Assembly (NCBI RefSeq): GCF_009914755.1
Contig: NC_060930.1
Strand: one strand, 5' to 3'
Length of the DNA: 64,000 bases
Source of the DNA: the human T2T-CHM13v2.0 reference genome, Homo sapiens
Every line of letters begins with the position of its first letter. Position 1 is the first letter of the stretch. Below the pieces are notes generated by a model. The model was not told where the DNA came from. It saw nothing but the letters and a program-made list of their open reading frames with translations, and searched no databases. The translations under genes were made by a program, and so were the position numbers. Shown piece by piece: positions 30,700 through 45,328 of this stretch.

Positions 30700-33600
30700 G
30701 AACTAGTGCCAATATAAAGCAGTGATACAAACAAGTCAGTGTAATAATCCGTTAAGCATACTATGACAGGATCAAATCCACATGTATCAATACTAACCTT
30801 GAATGTATATGAGCCAAACCACCCCAATTAAAAGGCACAGAGTGGCAAACTGGATAAAGAAGCAAGACACAATGTCTTCAAGAGACCTATCTCACATGTA
30901 ATGACATTCATAGGCTCAAAATACAGGAATGGAGAAAAATCTACCCAGCAAATGGAAAACAGAAAAAATCAGGGGTTGCAATCCTAATTTAGACAAAACA
31001 GTCTTTAAACCAACAAAGATCAAAAAAGACAAAGAAGGACACTATGTAATGGTAAGGGTTCAATTCAACAAGACCTAACTATCCTAAATGTACGTGCCCC
31101 CAATATAGAAGCACCCAGGTTTAAGCACCCAGGTGCTTAGCATCTACTAAGCAAGTTCTTAGTAGGAGACAACAACACCTCACCGACAGTACTAGACACA
31201 TCATTGAGGCAGAAAACTAACAAAGATATGTAGGACCTAAACATGACATTTGATCAAATGGGCCCAATAGATATGTACATAAATTTCCACCCAAAACCAA
31301 TAAAATATATATTTTTCTCATCTTCACGAGGCACATACTCTAAAATTGACCACACAATCAGCCATAAAACAATCCTCAGCAAATTAAAAATAAAACAAAA
31401 CTGAAAGCATACCGACCACACTCTTGGACCACAGCACAATAAAAATAGAAATCAACACTAAGAAAATCACTTAAAGCTATATTATTGTGTGGAAATTAAA
31501 CAACCTGCTCCTGAATAACTGGGTAAACAGAATTAATGCAGAAATAAAAAAAAATTTTGAAACTAATGAGAACACAGATACAACATACCAGAATCTCTGG
31601 GACACAGCTAAAGTAGTTTTAAAAGGGAAGTTTATAGCCCTAAACACCCACATCAAAAAGTTAGAAAGATATCACATTAAAAACCTAATATCACACCTAA
31701 AGGAACTAGAGAAACAAGAGCAAACCAACCCCAAAGCTAGCAGAAGACAAGAAATGATAAAAATTAGAGCTGAAGGAAATCGAGATGTGAAAAACCATAC
31801 AAAAGATCAATGAATCCTGGAGTTGGTTTTTTGAAAGAATGAGTAAGATTGATAGACGGCTAGCTAGACTAATACAGAAAAAAAGAGAGAAGATGCAAAT
31901 AAACACAATCAGAAATGACAAAGGGGACATTACCACTGACACCACAGAAATACAAAAATCCCGCAGAGATGACTATGAACACCGCTATACACACAAACTA
32001 GAAAACCTAGAAGAGATGAAACATACAACTTCCTGGAAACATACAACTTTCCAAGATTGAACCAGGAAGAAATTGAATCCCTGAACAGACCAATAACAAG
32101 TTCTAAAATTGAATCAGTAATAAAATCTTACCAACCCAAAGAGTTCAGGACCAAATGGATTCATAGCCAAATTCTACTAGATATATAAAGAGTGGATACT
32201 GTTACTACTATAACTATTCCAAAACACAGGAGAAAGGATTCCTCCCTAACTCATTATAAGAGGCCAACATCATCCTGATACCAACACTTGGCAGAGACAC
32301 AACAAAAAAGAAAAACTTCAGGCCAATTTCCTTGATGAACAGGAATGCAAAAATCTTCAACAAAATATTAGCAAACAGAATCCAGTAGCATGTCGAAAAA
32401 CTAACCTACCATAATCAAGTAAGCTTTATTTCTGGGAAGTAAGGTTGTTTCAACATACTCAAATCAATGAATGTGATTTATCACCTTAACAGAACTAAAA
32501 ACAAAAACTACATGATCATTGCAAAAGGCACAGAAAAGGTTTTCCATAAAATTCAACATCTCTTCATGATAAAAACCCTCAAGAAACTAGGCATTGAAAA
32601 AAAAACATACCTCAAAATAATAAAAGCCATCTATGACAAACTCATAGCCAACATCATACTGAATAAGCAAAAGCTAGAAGCATTTCTCTTGAGAACTGGA
32701 ACAAAACAAGGATACTCGTGCTTGCCATTCCTACTCAGCATGGTACTAGAAGACCTGGTTTGACTAGCCAGAGCAGTCAGAGAAGACAAGGAAATAAAAG
32801 GCATTCAGATAGCAGAGAGGAAGTCAAACTGTCTTTCTTTGTGGATGATAATTCTATACCTAGAAAACCCCACAGTCTAGGCCCCAAAGTTCCTATATAT
32901 CTAGTAAACAATGTCAGCAGTTTCTGGATACAAAATTAATTAGTAAAAATCAGTAGCATTTCCATACACCTACAACATCTAAGCTAAGAGTCAAATCAAG
33001 AATGCAATACCATTCACAATAGCCACAAAAATACCTAAGAATACAGACAACCTGAGAGATGAAAGATCTCCACAATGAGAATTACAACACTGCTCAAAGA
33101 AATCAGAGATGACACAAACAAATGGAGAAACATTCTATGCTCATGGATAGGAAGAATCAATATCATTAAAATGGCCATGCTGCCCAAAGCAATCTACAGA
33201 TTCAATGCTATTCCTATCAAACTACCAATGACATTCTTCATAGAATTAGAAAAAACTATTTAAAAATTCATATGGAACCAAAAAGGAGCCCCAATAGCCA
33301 AAGCAATTCGGAGCAAAAAGAACAAAGCTGGAGGCATCGTGTTACCTGCCTTCAAACTATACTGTAAAGCTATAGTAACCAAAACAGGATAGTGGTACAA
33401 AACCAGGCACATATACCATTGGAACAGAATAGAGAGCCCAGAAATAATGCTGCACACCTAAAACCATCTGATCTTTGACAAACCTGACAATAACAAGCAA
33501 TGAGGCAAGGACTGTCTACTCAATAAATGGTACTGTGATAACTGGCTAGCCATATGCAGAAGATTGAAATTGGACCCCTTCCTTACACTATATATAAAAA

Positions 33601-34414
33601 TCAACTCAAGGTAGATTAGAGACTTAAATGTAAATCCTAAAACTACAAAAACTCTGGAAGATAATCTAAGAAATTCCATTCTAGACATAGACCCCATCAA
33701 AAATTTCATGATGAAGACACCAAAAGCAATTGCAACAAAAACAAAAATTGACAATTGGAACCTAGTTAAACTAAAGACCTTCTGTACTACAAAAGAAACT
33801 ATCAATAGAGCGAACAGACAGCCCATAGAATGGGAAAAATTATCTACAAACTATGCATCTGACAAAGGTTTAATATTCAGAGTCTATAAAGAAGTTAATT
33901 CAACAAGCAAAAAACAAACAATCCCATTAAAAAGTGGGCAAATACATGAACAGACACTTTTCAATAGCAGACATATGCATGGCCAATAAGTGTATGAAAA
34001 AATGCTTCACATTACTAATCATTAGAGAAATGCAAATCAAAACCACAATGAGATACCATCTCACATCCATCAGAATGGATATTATTAAAAACTCAAAAAA
34101 TAACAGATGATGGCATGGTTGAGGAGAAAAGGGAATGCTTATACACTGCTGATGGGAGTATAAATTAGTCCAGCCATTGTGGAAAGCAGTGTGACAATTC
34201 CTCAAAGAACTGAAAACAGAATTACCATTTGACCGAATAATCTCATTACTGGGTGTTTACCTGAAGGATTATAATTTGTTTTACCATAAAGACACACGCA
34301 CATGTATGTTCCTTGCAGCACTACTCACAATAGCAAAGACAGGGAATCAACCTAGATGCCTCTCAGTGATGGACTGGATAAAGAAAATGTGGTATATACA
34401 CACCATGGAGTACT

Positions 34415-34576
<162 letters not shown>

Positions 34577-36129
34577 TAGCCATAAAAATGAGATCATATC
34601 CTTTGCAGCCTTGTGAATGGAGCTGGAGGCCATTTTCCTAAGCAAATTAAGACAGAAACGGAAAACCAAATACCACATGTTCTCCCTTATAAGTGGGAAC
34701 TAAACACTGAGTACACATGGAAACAAAGAAGGAAACAACAGACATGGGGGCCTACTTGAGGGTGGAGGGTCAGAAGAGGGAGGATTGAAAAACTAACTGT
34801 CAAGTAGTATGCTTATTTCCTGGGTGACAAAATAATCTGTATACCAAACCCCCATGACATGCAATTTACTTCTGTAAGAAACCTGCACATGTACCCTTGA
34901 ACCTAAAAGTTAAAAATAGTAAACAACCCCCCCCCAAAAAACCCCTCCCCCAAAACACACATGTAATCTGCTCTGTAATCTCGGTAATATCAATACACTA
35001 AAACATATAAAAATAAATATGATACTCACATACATTTAACCAGTTAAATGGTTTTTAAGATATGATTGTCTGCTTTTGTAGTTAATTTTTACTTTCAATA
35101 TAAAAAGAAATACATTTTTTTCCTTGGTGGATCGGAGACTTTCTGGGAAAACTCAATAGGATAAATAGAAATCCCTTGTCACAAGAGGAAAGCATTTCAC
35201 TCAGGGTCTGTTCTGCTCTTAGCAGAAAACGTTCCTGGGGTATTTTAAGAGAGAATCCTAAAATTAAGAGATGTATCATTTTCTTCCCACTCAAGTTATA
35301 TGACTGACTTAACTGATCAATTCTTGTACCTTTCACTGTCCAAACTTTGGTGATTTTGTTTTGAAATTGATAGTAGTGATTGAATGAAGCAACCGATGAC
35401 AGTTCTCTCTGTGGTATGTAAGCCATTCCCTCAGATATTCTAAAAATTTTAACTTCACCTGTTAGTGGACATTAAAAGACTCTCTTAAGGAACAAAAACT
35501 CAGAGCCCAATATTGTACCATCTCTATGCTTAGCCATTACTTTACAATAAATTGTGTGTTTAGAAATTGTCAGCAACTATTTTTATGCAGAACAGTGTAT
35601 CTTTATCCACTGTTAATGAAAAATGAATGAGTGCTATAGAGACTAAAACAGATTTCAAAAAAATTGTATTTAATTAAAGTTATTTTGGTATTCCATGCTC
35701 ATTTTTGATTCTGATGAAAAAATTTTAGACATTTTTCTACTTAACTATTGAAACAAAATAGTGAAGGCATTTTTCATAACATTCAAGATAAAATTATTTT
35801 TTCTTGGTAACTTACAATGTCTCAATTTGTTTTTTAAAGAATAAATTTAATATTAGCACTTTAAATGTATTTGTGGTCTAGAGTTTAGTAGCCGAAGTGA
35901 GACAAAAACAGGTGAAATTAGTTTAATTCCAGGGGGAAATTTCCTATATAATTAAGAGTACACTTTTTAATCATTTAATATTGAACTTTTAAGTGGGAGA
36001 TCATCAAATAATCAGTGATTGCAACTCCAGAGGATAACTGATCATTGCTGTGCTAGAGGCCTGCACATGGTATAATGCGAGAAGGAGGAGGGTATACATC
36101 TGGACTGAGGAATGTATAGGTGGAGCATG

Positions 36130-37120
36130 GGCTTAGATAACCGTATTGGAGGAGTTAGTGCCTGACTTGAAGGATGCGTGGATTCTGGGCAGAATGCACA
36201 GGAGTTAAGAGAAAACTTGTGGACTTGCCCAACAATTGGTACAAAGAGCACAGAGTGCAGAAGGCTGAGAGATGGACCTGCTCAGAGAGCAGTGGTTAGG
36301 CCGTGATAAGTCCTACATGCCACACCAAGAAATTAGAACTTCACCTTGGAACATTTAGGTCGGTGAGTAAAATGACTAAATTTGTACTTTAGAAAGATGC
36401 ATTTCCATACTGTTTGAATGATGATAATTATCATCATCATAGCAGAGATTCTTTTATTGAGTATTTACTGTGCCCCAGACTGTAATTTTTATGTAATCCT
36501 AAGGCAATATTAGCCTATTTTCAGCCTAGAAAATAGGCTTTGAGTGGTTCAGCTGTTTGCTCATGAGTACAGAAGTGAGAAGTGGCTGAGGGTGGTTGTA
36601 GACGTGGATATAGCTGATTGTAATACTATCTCCCTAAATGATTTGCGGTCTGGCTTCCATAAATTCCAAAGAAATCAAAAGTTAAATAGACTAAAATAAA
36701 TGAATTTTCATAAACTCTCAGATATATTAATTTTGAGTTCTTTTATTATCCATCATATTCTCTTAGACTTGACCAATTACCTGCGTTTTTAAAGTAAATT
36801 TTTCTGAAAAAAATTCTGGAATATCAAGGAAAGTTTAGAATTTATTGATATGTTGAATGCCAATATAATGATACATTGTCAACATGCAGGAAGAAGAGAA
36901 GATTGTGGAAAACAGTAGGAAGGACATGTTCTTGGGGAAGAAAGACTTCAGCCAAGAACCAACTAAATTTTTGCGTTGAGACCTTGAGGGAGAGAAACAT
37001 AAGCTTCTTGAGCCTCCATTTTCTAGTTGTTAACACAGAAATAATAATAGCTATGTTTCAGGGTTATTACAGAGATTAAAATAGATAATGTACGTAAAAC
37101 CCCTGATTTAGTGCCTGAAT
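36130..37120. mobile_element. Cluster of L2 and MIR relics
   Basis: L2-like 36130-36420; MIR minus 36430-36640 (TTTTATTGAGTATTTACTGTGCCCCAG); MIR plus 36965-37120 (CTTGAGCCTCCATTTTCT...GATTAAAATAGATAATGTACGTAAAAC). Confidence 0.55.
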
Positions 37121-39787
37121 AGACTAATTCCTCTAATCTGTGGATATTGATTTGGAAATATGGGACACCTTGGGGAAAGTACCTTAATATATTTGGAGAA
37201 CATAAAGGTGCTATAACAGTTTGTTCTATTCAGGGACATTGATAGCTGCATTGAAACTTTCAGAAGAAGTGATAATAATATGTATACAACCTTTCGTTAC
37301 CCAATGGTATGTCAATTATAGAGACCTGAGTGACTTTTTATTGTGATGTGTCTATGAGGATTAATATAAAATTGTCATGAGAGACGTTACTTATTGGAGA
37401 GTGAAAGAATAAAAGAAAGTAGTAAAGAGAAGCCATACCAAACAACTATTATACAATTGTAAAATTTGTAGAACAAATAAGATGAAAATAGCATACTGTG
37501 GCATTATCAAAGTTTAAATATGGGTTAACAAGTGGTGGTAGAAACCATGGAAAATGACTCAAGACAAGGACATAGTTTTACTATTCTATAGCAGTTGATG
37601 CGCAGTTCCTCTATTTGTGCAGCATTGCTTAATTGATGTGATCCATCAACCAGAGATAGAAAAGGGTTTTGTTAGGCATGCAATACCTTTGGGTTGAAAT
37701 TTTTTAAGGGACATTTACTTGTATTACTTTAACAAAAACTGTTTGTGGCTCTAGGGATTTAGAATTGTTATATTTAGATCAATCAGTGCTTTTCTCCAAG
37801 TATAATATTATAATTGCTTTATGGAGAACCAAAAGAAGGCAGATGGAAAGAGGAAGTGGGCAGATGAAGCACCACATGAACAGACCGTGAGCATAGCCCA
37901 AGGCCCTATGTGACCAAGATGAAAGGATTTAGTTGAAGGCTTACAACCCAGACTGCCTCTAGAGAGGAATCAGTCAGTCTCAGAGAGGGCACTCATTACT
38001 TGTGAGCCAAAAATATTAAGTTTCAAATAGCTACTGGTCCTTTAGGCAGAAATTTGAAATTAGAATATTATTTGTAGGTTTTTAAAAAAGCATTGAATAT
38101 GCCTTTTAAACATCAAAAGGACAAATCAGAGTTTACCATTATATGCCAACTCTTATGAATCAATCACTCCATCCCTGTTTTTCTCATTCTCCTCCAAATG
38201 CAATTTTTTTCTAAGTCAACCATGCAAAAATTTACATTACTGTGTTGTAGTCTATCATGTGTTGTTTCTTAACTCATTTTTGGTTTAGATTAAAGAAACA
38301 TTGATAGACTCTTATGTTTTCCTTCCTTGTTTTGCCAAACAGATTACAAGTTCTCCAAGAACTCTTATTGCTCTTTGAGATACTAAAGCTCTGATGTAGA
38401 TATCCAGATACAAGAAATCCAGAGAACTCTGGAAAGATACTATACAAAACAAACACTACCAAGGTATATAGTTGTCAGATGGTTCAAAGTCAATGCTAAA
38501 GAAAAAATATTAAAGGAGTTTGAGAAAAAGGTCAACTCATCTACAAAGGGCTATTACCCCATCAGGCTAATAGTGGGCTTCTCAGCAGAAACCTTACAAG
38601 CCAGGAGAGATTGGGGGCCTATTTTCAGTATTCTTAAAGAAAAGAAATTTCCACCAAGGATTTCGTATCCCACCAAGATAAGCTTCATTAGTGAAGTAGA
38701 AATAAAGTCTTTTCCAGACAAGCCAGTGCTAAAGGAATTTGTTACCAGTGACCAGTCTTACAAGAGATCCTTAAATACATTCTAAATATGGAAACAAAAG
38801 AATAATACCTGCCACCACAAGAACACACTTAAGTAAATAGTCCAGTGACCCTATAAAATAGCCACAAATAGAAACTACAAAACAACCAGCTAACAACTTC
38901 ATGATAGGTTCAGAACCTTACATATCAATATTAACCTTGAAAATAAATGCCCTAAATATCCCACTTAAATGGCACAGATTTGCAAATTGAATAAAAATTA
39001 AGACCCATTTGTCTGGGTCTTGATTCAAGTGATCCATCTCACATTTAATGACACCCATATGGTCAAAATAAAGAGGTGGAGAAAGATCCATCACTCAAAT
39101 TGGAAACAACAAAAAAAGCAGAGGTCACTATTATGTCAGATAAAATGGACATTAAACCAACAACAGAGAAAAAGGACAGAGAAAGGGAATTACATAATGA
39201 TAAAGGGTTCAATTTAACAAGAAGTCTTAACTATTCTAAATGCATATACACTCCAACATTGGAACACTAAGATTCATAAAGCAAGTACTTCTAGAGCAAC
39301 AAAAAGACTTAGACGGCCACACAGTAATAGTGGAAGACCTCAGCATCCCTCTGAAAGCATTACATATATGATTGCAGCAGAAAATTAGCAAAGAAATTCT
39401 GCACTTAAATTTGACATTTGACCAATTGGACCTAACAGATATCTACAGAATGCTACACCCATCAACCTCACAATATACATTCTTCTCATCTGCACACAGA
39501 ACATACTCTAAGATGAACCACATGCTCAACCATAAAGCAAGTCTCAATAAATTCTAAAAAAACTATATCATACCAACCATACCCTTTGACTACAGTGGAA
39601 TAAAAATATAAACCAATACCAAGAAGATCTCTTAAAAACACACAATTATACAGAAATTAAACAACTTGCTCCTGAATGACTTTTGGGTAAACAACAAAAT
39701 TAAAGCATACCTCAAAAATTTGTTTTAAAGAAATGAAAATGGAAGCACAATGTAATAAAATCTCTGCAATGCAGCAAAGGCAGTTTT

Positions 39788-40599
39788 TTTAAATTATACT
39801 TTAAGTTTTAGGGTACATGTGCATAACGTGTAGGTTTTTTACATAGGTATACATGTGCTATGTTGGTTTGCTGCACCCATCAACTCGTCATTTACATTAG
39901 ATATTTTTCTTAATGCTATCCCTCCCCCAGGCCCCCACCTCCTGACAGGCCCTGGTGTGTGATGTTCCCCGCCCTGTGTCCAAGTGTTCTCATTGTTCAA
40001 TTCACACCTATGAGTGAGAACATGTGGTGTTTAGTTTTCTGTCCTTGTGATAGTTTGCTGAGGATGACAGTTTCCAGCTTCATCCACGTCCCGCAAAGGA
40101 CATGAACTCATTCTTTTTATGGCTGTATAGTATTCCATGGTCTACATGTGTCACATTTTCTTAATCCAGTCTATCATCGATGGACATTTGGGGTGGTTCC
40201 AAGTCTTTACTATTGTGAATAGTGCTGCAATAAACACACGTGTATATGTGTCCTTATAGTAGCATGATTTATAATCCCTTGGGTATATACCCAGCAATGG
40301 GATCACCGGATCAAATGGTATTTCTAGTTCTAGATCCTTGAGTAATCACCACACTGTCTTCCACAATGGTTGAACTAATTTACACTCCCACCAACAGCGT
40401 AAAAGCATTCCTATTTCTCCACATGCTCTCCAGCATCTGTTGTTTCCTGACTTTTTAATGATTTCCATTCTAATTGGAGTGAGATGGTATCTCATTGTGG
40501 TTCTGATTTGCATTTATCTGATGATCAGTGATGAAGAGCATTTTGTCATGTGTCTGTTGGCTGCATAAATGTCTTCTTTTGAGAAGTGTCTGTTCATAT
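39788..40599 (-). mobile_element. 5'-truncated L1PA6/7-class nested in L1PA16
   Basis: TSD GCAAAGGCAGTTTT (39774-87) / GCAAAGGCGGTTTT (40600-13). Confidence 0.95.
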
Positions 40600-41451
40600 G
40601 CAAAGGCGGTTTTATGAGGAAAGCTTATAGTGCTATATGCCTATCTCAAAAAGTTAGAAAGATCTCAAATTAATGATGTGACATCACACCTAGAGGAACT
40701 AGAAAATTAAAAATAATCACAAAGCTAGCAGAAGAAAAGAAATAACTAATATCAAGGCAGAACTGAACAAAATTGAGACCCAAAAGTTCATATACAGAAT
40801 CAATAACACCAACATTTGGCTATTTGAAAGGATAAACAAGATTGATAGACAGGTAGCTAGATTAGCAAGGAAAAGTAGAGAAAAAATTCAAATGAACACA
40901 TAAGAAATGACAAAGGGGACATTACAACTGATCGCAGAGAAATACAGAAGATCCTCACAGACTATTATGAATACCTAAATGCACACAAACTAGAAATTCT
41001 AGAGAAAATGAATAAATTTCTGGAAGCACATAACCTCCCAAGATTGAATCAAGAAGAAATTGAAACCCTGAACAGACCAATATTGACTTCTGAAATTGAA
41101 TCAGTAATAAAAAAAGCTACCAATCAAAAAAGCCCTGGATCACATGGATTCACAGCAGAATTCAAAAAAGCCCTGGATGAGATGGATTCACAGCCGAATT
41201 CTAACAGATGTACAAAGAAGAGCTGGTACCAATTCTACTGAAATTATTCAAAAAACAATTGAGGAGTAGGGACTCCTCCCTAACTTATTCTACGAAGCTA
41301 GCATTACCCTGATACTCAAACTTGTCAAAGACACAACAAAAAAAGAAAAAGAACAGACTAACATCTCTGATAAATATAGACGCAAAAATCCTTAGCAAAA
41401 TACTAGGAAACCAAATCCAGCAGTGCATCAAAAAGCTAAAAGCTAATTAAC

Positions 41452-41860
41452 TGTATTAGTCCATTTTTGCATTGCTGCAAATAAATACCTGAGACTGAGT
41501 AATTTATAAAGTAAAGAGATTTAATTGGCTCATGATTCTGCAGGCTATGCAGGAAGCATGGCTGCATCTGTTTGACTTCTGCGGAAGCCTCAGGAAACCT
41601 ACAATCATGGCAGAAGGTAAAGGGGAAGCAGTCACATCTTACATGGCCAGAGCAGGAGGAAGGGGGGGGGGAGGGGCTACACACTTTAAACAACCAGATC
41701 TCATAAAAACTCTATCACAAGAACAACACTAGGGAGTTGGTGCTAAACCATTAGAAACCATCACCATGATCTAATCACCTCCCACCAGGTCCCACCTCCA
41801 GCATTGGGGATTTTATTTCAACAAAACATTTGAGAGGGAACATGGATCCAAACTATATCA
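41452..41860 (-). mobile_element. MSTA/MSTB solo LTR nested in L1PA16
   Basis: TGTATTAGTCC...ATCCAAACTATATCA; TSD TTAAC/TTCAC. Confidence 0.9.
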
Positions 41861-42199
41861 TTCACTGTGATCAAGTAGGCTTTATTCCTGGGAGGGAAAG
41901 TTGGTTCAGCATATGCAAATCAACAAATGTGATTCACCATATAAACCAGCATTAAAAATAAAATCATATGATCATCTTAGTAGACACAGAAAAAGCTTTC
42001 AATAAAAGCCAACATTCTTTCATGATAAAAACCTCAAGAGACTGGAAATTGAAAGAACATACCTCAAAATAATAAGAGCCCTCTATGACAAACCCTCGCC
42101 AACACCACACTGAATTGGCAAAATCTGGAAACATTCTCCCTAAGAATAGGAACAAGACAAGGAGGTCCACTCTCACCATTCCTATTCAAAATAGTACTG

Positions 42200-42313
42200 T
42201 TCAGGTGATGGGTGCACCAGAATCTCAGAAATCATCACTAGAGAACTTATTCATGTAATCAAACACCACCTGTTCCCCAAAAACCTATAGAAATAAACAA
42301 CAACAACAAAAAA
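42200..42313 (+). mobile_element. Very short (~100 bp) L1PB 3' end nested in L1PA16
   Basis: GGTGATGGGTGCACCAGAATCTCAGAAATC...CACCACCTGTTCCCCAAAAACCTA with an (AAC)n tail; exact TSD CAAAATAGTACTG (42187-99, 42314-26). Confidence 0.92.
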
Positions 42314-43560
42314 CAAAATAGTACTGGAAATCTTAGCTAGAGCAATCAGGCAAGAAGAAGAAATAAAAAAAAACGTGAACAGGAAAATAAGTTCAATTGT
42401 CTGTCTTCACTGATAATATAGTTCTACTTAGAGAACCCCAAAGACTATGCCAAAAGGCTCTGGAACTGATAAACAATTTCAGCAAAGTTTCAGGACACAA
42501 AATCAGCATATAAGAATCAGTAGCATTTCTATACACCAATAACATTCATGCTGAGAGCCAAATCAAGGGTGCAATCTTATTTAAAATAGACACAAAAATA
42601 CCTAGGACTGCATCTAACCAAGGAGGTGAAAGAATTCTGTAAAGAGAACTAGAAAACACTGCTGAAAGTAATCAGAAATGACATGAACAAACGGAAAAAC
42701 ATTTCATACTCATGAATTAGTAGAACCAATATTGTTAAAATGGCCATACTCCTCAAATCAATCCACAGATTCAATGCTATTTATATCAAGCTACCAATGT
42801 CATTTGTAACAGAACTAGAAAAAAAAACTATTCTAAAATTTATATGGAACCAAAAAGGTGCCCGCATAGCAAAAGCAATATTAAGCATAAAAAGAACAAA
42901 GCTGGAAGCATCACACTACTTGACTACTATACTACAAGGCTACAGTAACCAAAACAGCATAGTATTGATATAAAACAGGCAGATAGACCACATTTTCTTT
43001 ATCCAATCAATTGTTGATGAAAACCTAGATTTATTACATGTTTTTGATATTGTGAATAGTGCTGCATGTGGCCTATGTGTCTGTTTTTGTACCGTTACTA
43101 TGGGCCAATGGAACAGAATGGAAAACCCAGAAGTAAAACCACACACCTACAACCATTTAATCTTTGACAAAGTCAACAAAAATAAGCATTGGGGAAAAGA
43201 TTCCCTATTCAATAAGTAGTGCTTATTGGTGCTGGGATAACTGACTAGCCATATGCAGAAGGATGAAACTGGACCTTCTACTTTTCATCATATACAAAAA
43301 TTAACTCAATCCTCAAAAGCATATGCAATAGAAACAAAAATAGACAAATGAGACCTAATTAACCTGAAGAACTTCTGCAGAACAAAAGACATGATCAAGA
43401 GAATAATCAGACAACCTATGGAATGAGAGAAAATACTCACAAACTATGCATCCAACAAAGGCCTAATATCCAGAATCTACAAGGAACTTAAAAACAATTC
43501 AACAAACAAAAAACAAATAACCTTGTTAGAAAGTGAACAAAAAGCATGAACCAACACTTT

Positions 43561-44041
43561 TGTTATGACTTTTTATTTTGAGTTCAGGGGTACAAGTGCA
43601 GGTTTGTTATGTAGGTAAACTTGTGTCATGGGGCTTTATTGTAAAGATTATTTTATCACCCAGGTATTAAGCCTACTACCCATTAGTTACATTTTCTGAT
43701 CCTCTCCCTCCTCCCATCCTTCACCCTCCACCCTCCAAAAGCCCCAGTGTGTATTGTTCCCCCGATGTGTCCATGGGTTCTCATTATTTAGCTTCCACTT
43801 GTGAGAACACGTGATATTTGGTTTTCTGTTCCTGTGCTAGTTTGCTAAGAATAATGACCTCCAGCTCTATCTATGTCCTTGCAAAGGCCATGATCTTGTT
43901 CTTGGTATTCCATGGTGTATCTGTACCACATTTTCTTTATCCAGTGATGGGCATTTAGGTTGATTCCATGTATTTGCTATTGTGAATAGTGTTGCAATGA
44001 ACATACACATGCATGTGTCTGTATAATAGAATGATTTATAT
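43561..44041 (-). mobile_element. L1PA13-15-class 3' end nested in L1PA16
   Basis: AGTTCAGGGGTACAAGTGCAGGTTTGTTATGTAGGTAAACTTGTGTCATGGGG; host L1 resumes at about 44044. Confidence 0.9.
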
Positions 44042-45099
44042 TAGAGATATTTCTTAAAAGAGGACATACCTGTTGCCAACAAACATATGAAAAAATGCTC
44101 CACATCATTAATCATCAAAGAAATGCAAATCAAAACTACAATGAGATATCATCTCACATCACTCAGAATGTCTATCATGAAAACATCAAAAAACAACAGA
44201 TGCTGTCAAGGCCGTGGAGAAAAGGAATGCTTATGTACTGTTGGTGGGAATGTAAATTAGTTCAGCCACTGTAGAAAAGCACTTTGGAGATTTATCAAAG
44301 AACTTGAAGCAGAAGTATCATTTGACCCAGCAATCCCATTACTGAGTGTACATCCAAAGGAAAATAAATCATTCTACTAAAAGGACACATGTGCTTGCCT
44401 GTTCATTGCAGCACTGTTCACAATATCAAAGACATGTAATAAATCTAGGTGTCCATCAACAATATATTGGATCAAGAAAATATAGTATATATACGCTATG
44501 GAATACTATGCAGCCATAACAAATAAAATTATGTCATCTGCAGCAACTTGGTTGCAGCTGGAGGTTATCATCCTAAGTGAATTAACATAGGAATAGAAAA
44601 CCAAATACTGTATGTTCTGATTTATGAGTGGGAGGTAAATACAAAAATGGCAACAATAGACACTGGCGACTACTAGAGTGGGGAGGGTGAGAGGAGGGCA
44701 AGTATTCAAAAACTAACTATTGGGTGCTATGCTCAGTACCTGGGTGATGAGATCAATCATACCCCAAAGCTTAGTATCACGCAATATACCCATGTAACAA
44801 ACCTGCACTTGTACCCTCTGAATCTAAAAAAATTAAAAATAAAAAAATAAAAAAAAAGAACAACGGTGGAGCTACCTTAGTGAAAAATGAGTGGAGTCTG
44901 TCCAGAGGCTAGTAGAAGGTTGATCTTTCCATGGCCAAAGCAATGTGAAAAATTAAGCTGGAATCTGTTGAGTTCTACATAAAAATAAAATGTTTAAAAG
45001 ACCAAAACCAAAAAAAAAAAAAAAAAAAAAAAAAGGGAGAGAGACTTTATAGTTCCTAGCACTGTGGATAAGAGTTCTTTATTTTTTTAATGTCAGAAA

Positions 45100-45328
45100 A
45101 CATTTTATTTATAAAATTGTGTATATTTATTATATACAACATGGTGTTTTGAAATCTGTATATGCATTGTGGAATAGCTTAATCGAGCTAATTAACATAT
45201 GTCTTACCTCACATAGCTGTCATTTTTGTGGTGAGAACTCTGTAAAGCTACCGTTTCTTTTTAAGCATTTTTCCAGAATACAATACATGGTTAATGAACT
45301 GTGTATGGTCACCATGTTACATAATATG
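45100..45328 (-). mobile_element. L1MA 3' end
   Basis: TATATTTATTATATACAACATG...CATTTTTGTGGTGAGAAC...GTCACCATGTTACATAATA. Confidence 0.8.

Larger units (their letters stand above)
38398..44860 (+). mobile_element. L1PA16-class element, 5'-truncated within ORF1, host to four nested insertions
   Basis: ORF1 fragment SAETLQARRDWGPIFSILKEK, decayed ORF2, 3'UTR TATGCTCAGTACCTGGGTGATGAGATCAATCATACCCC, poly(A) 44827-44860. Confidence 0.92.
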
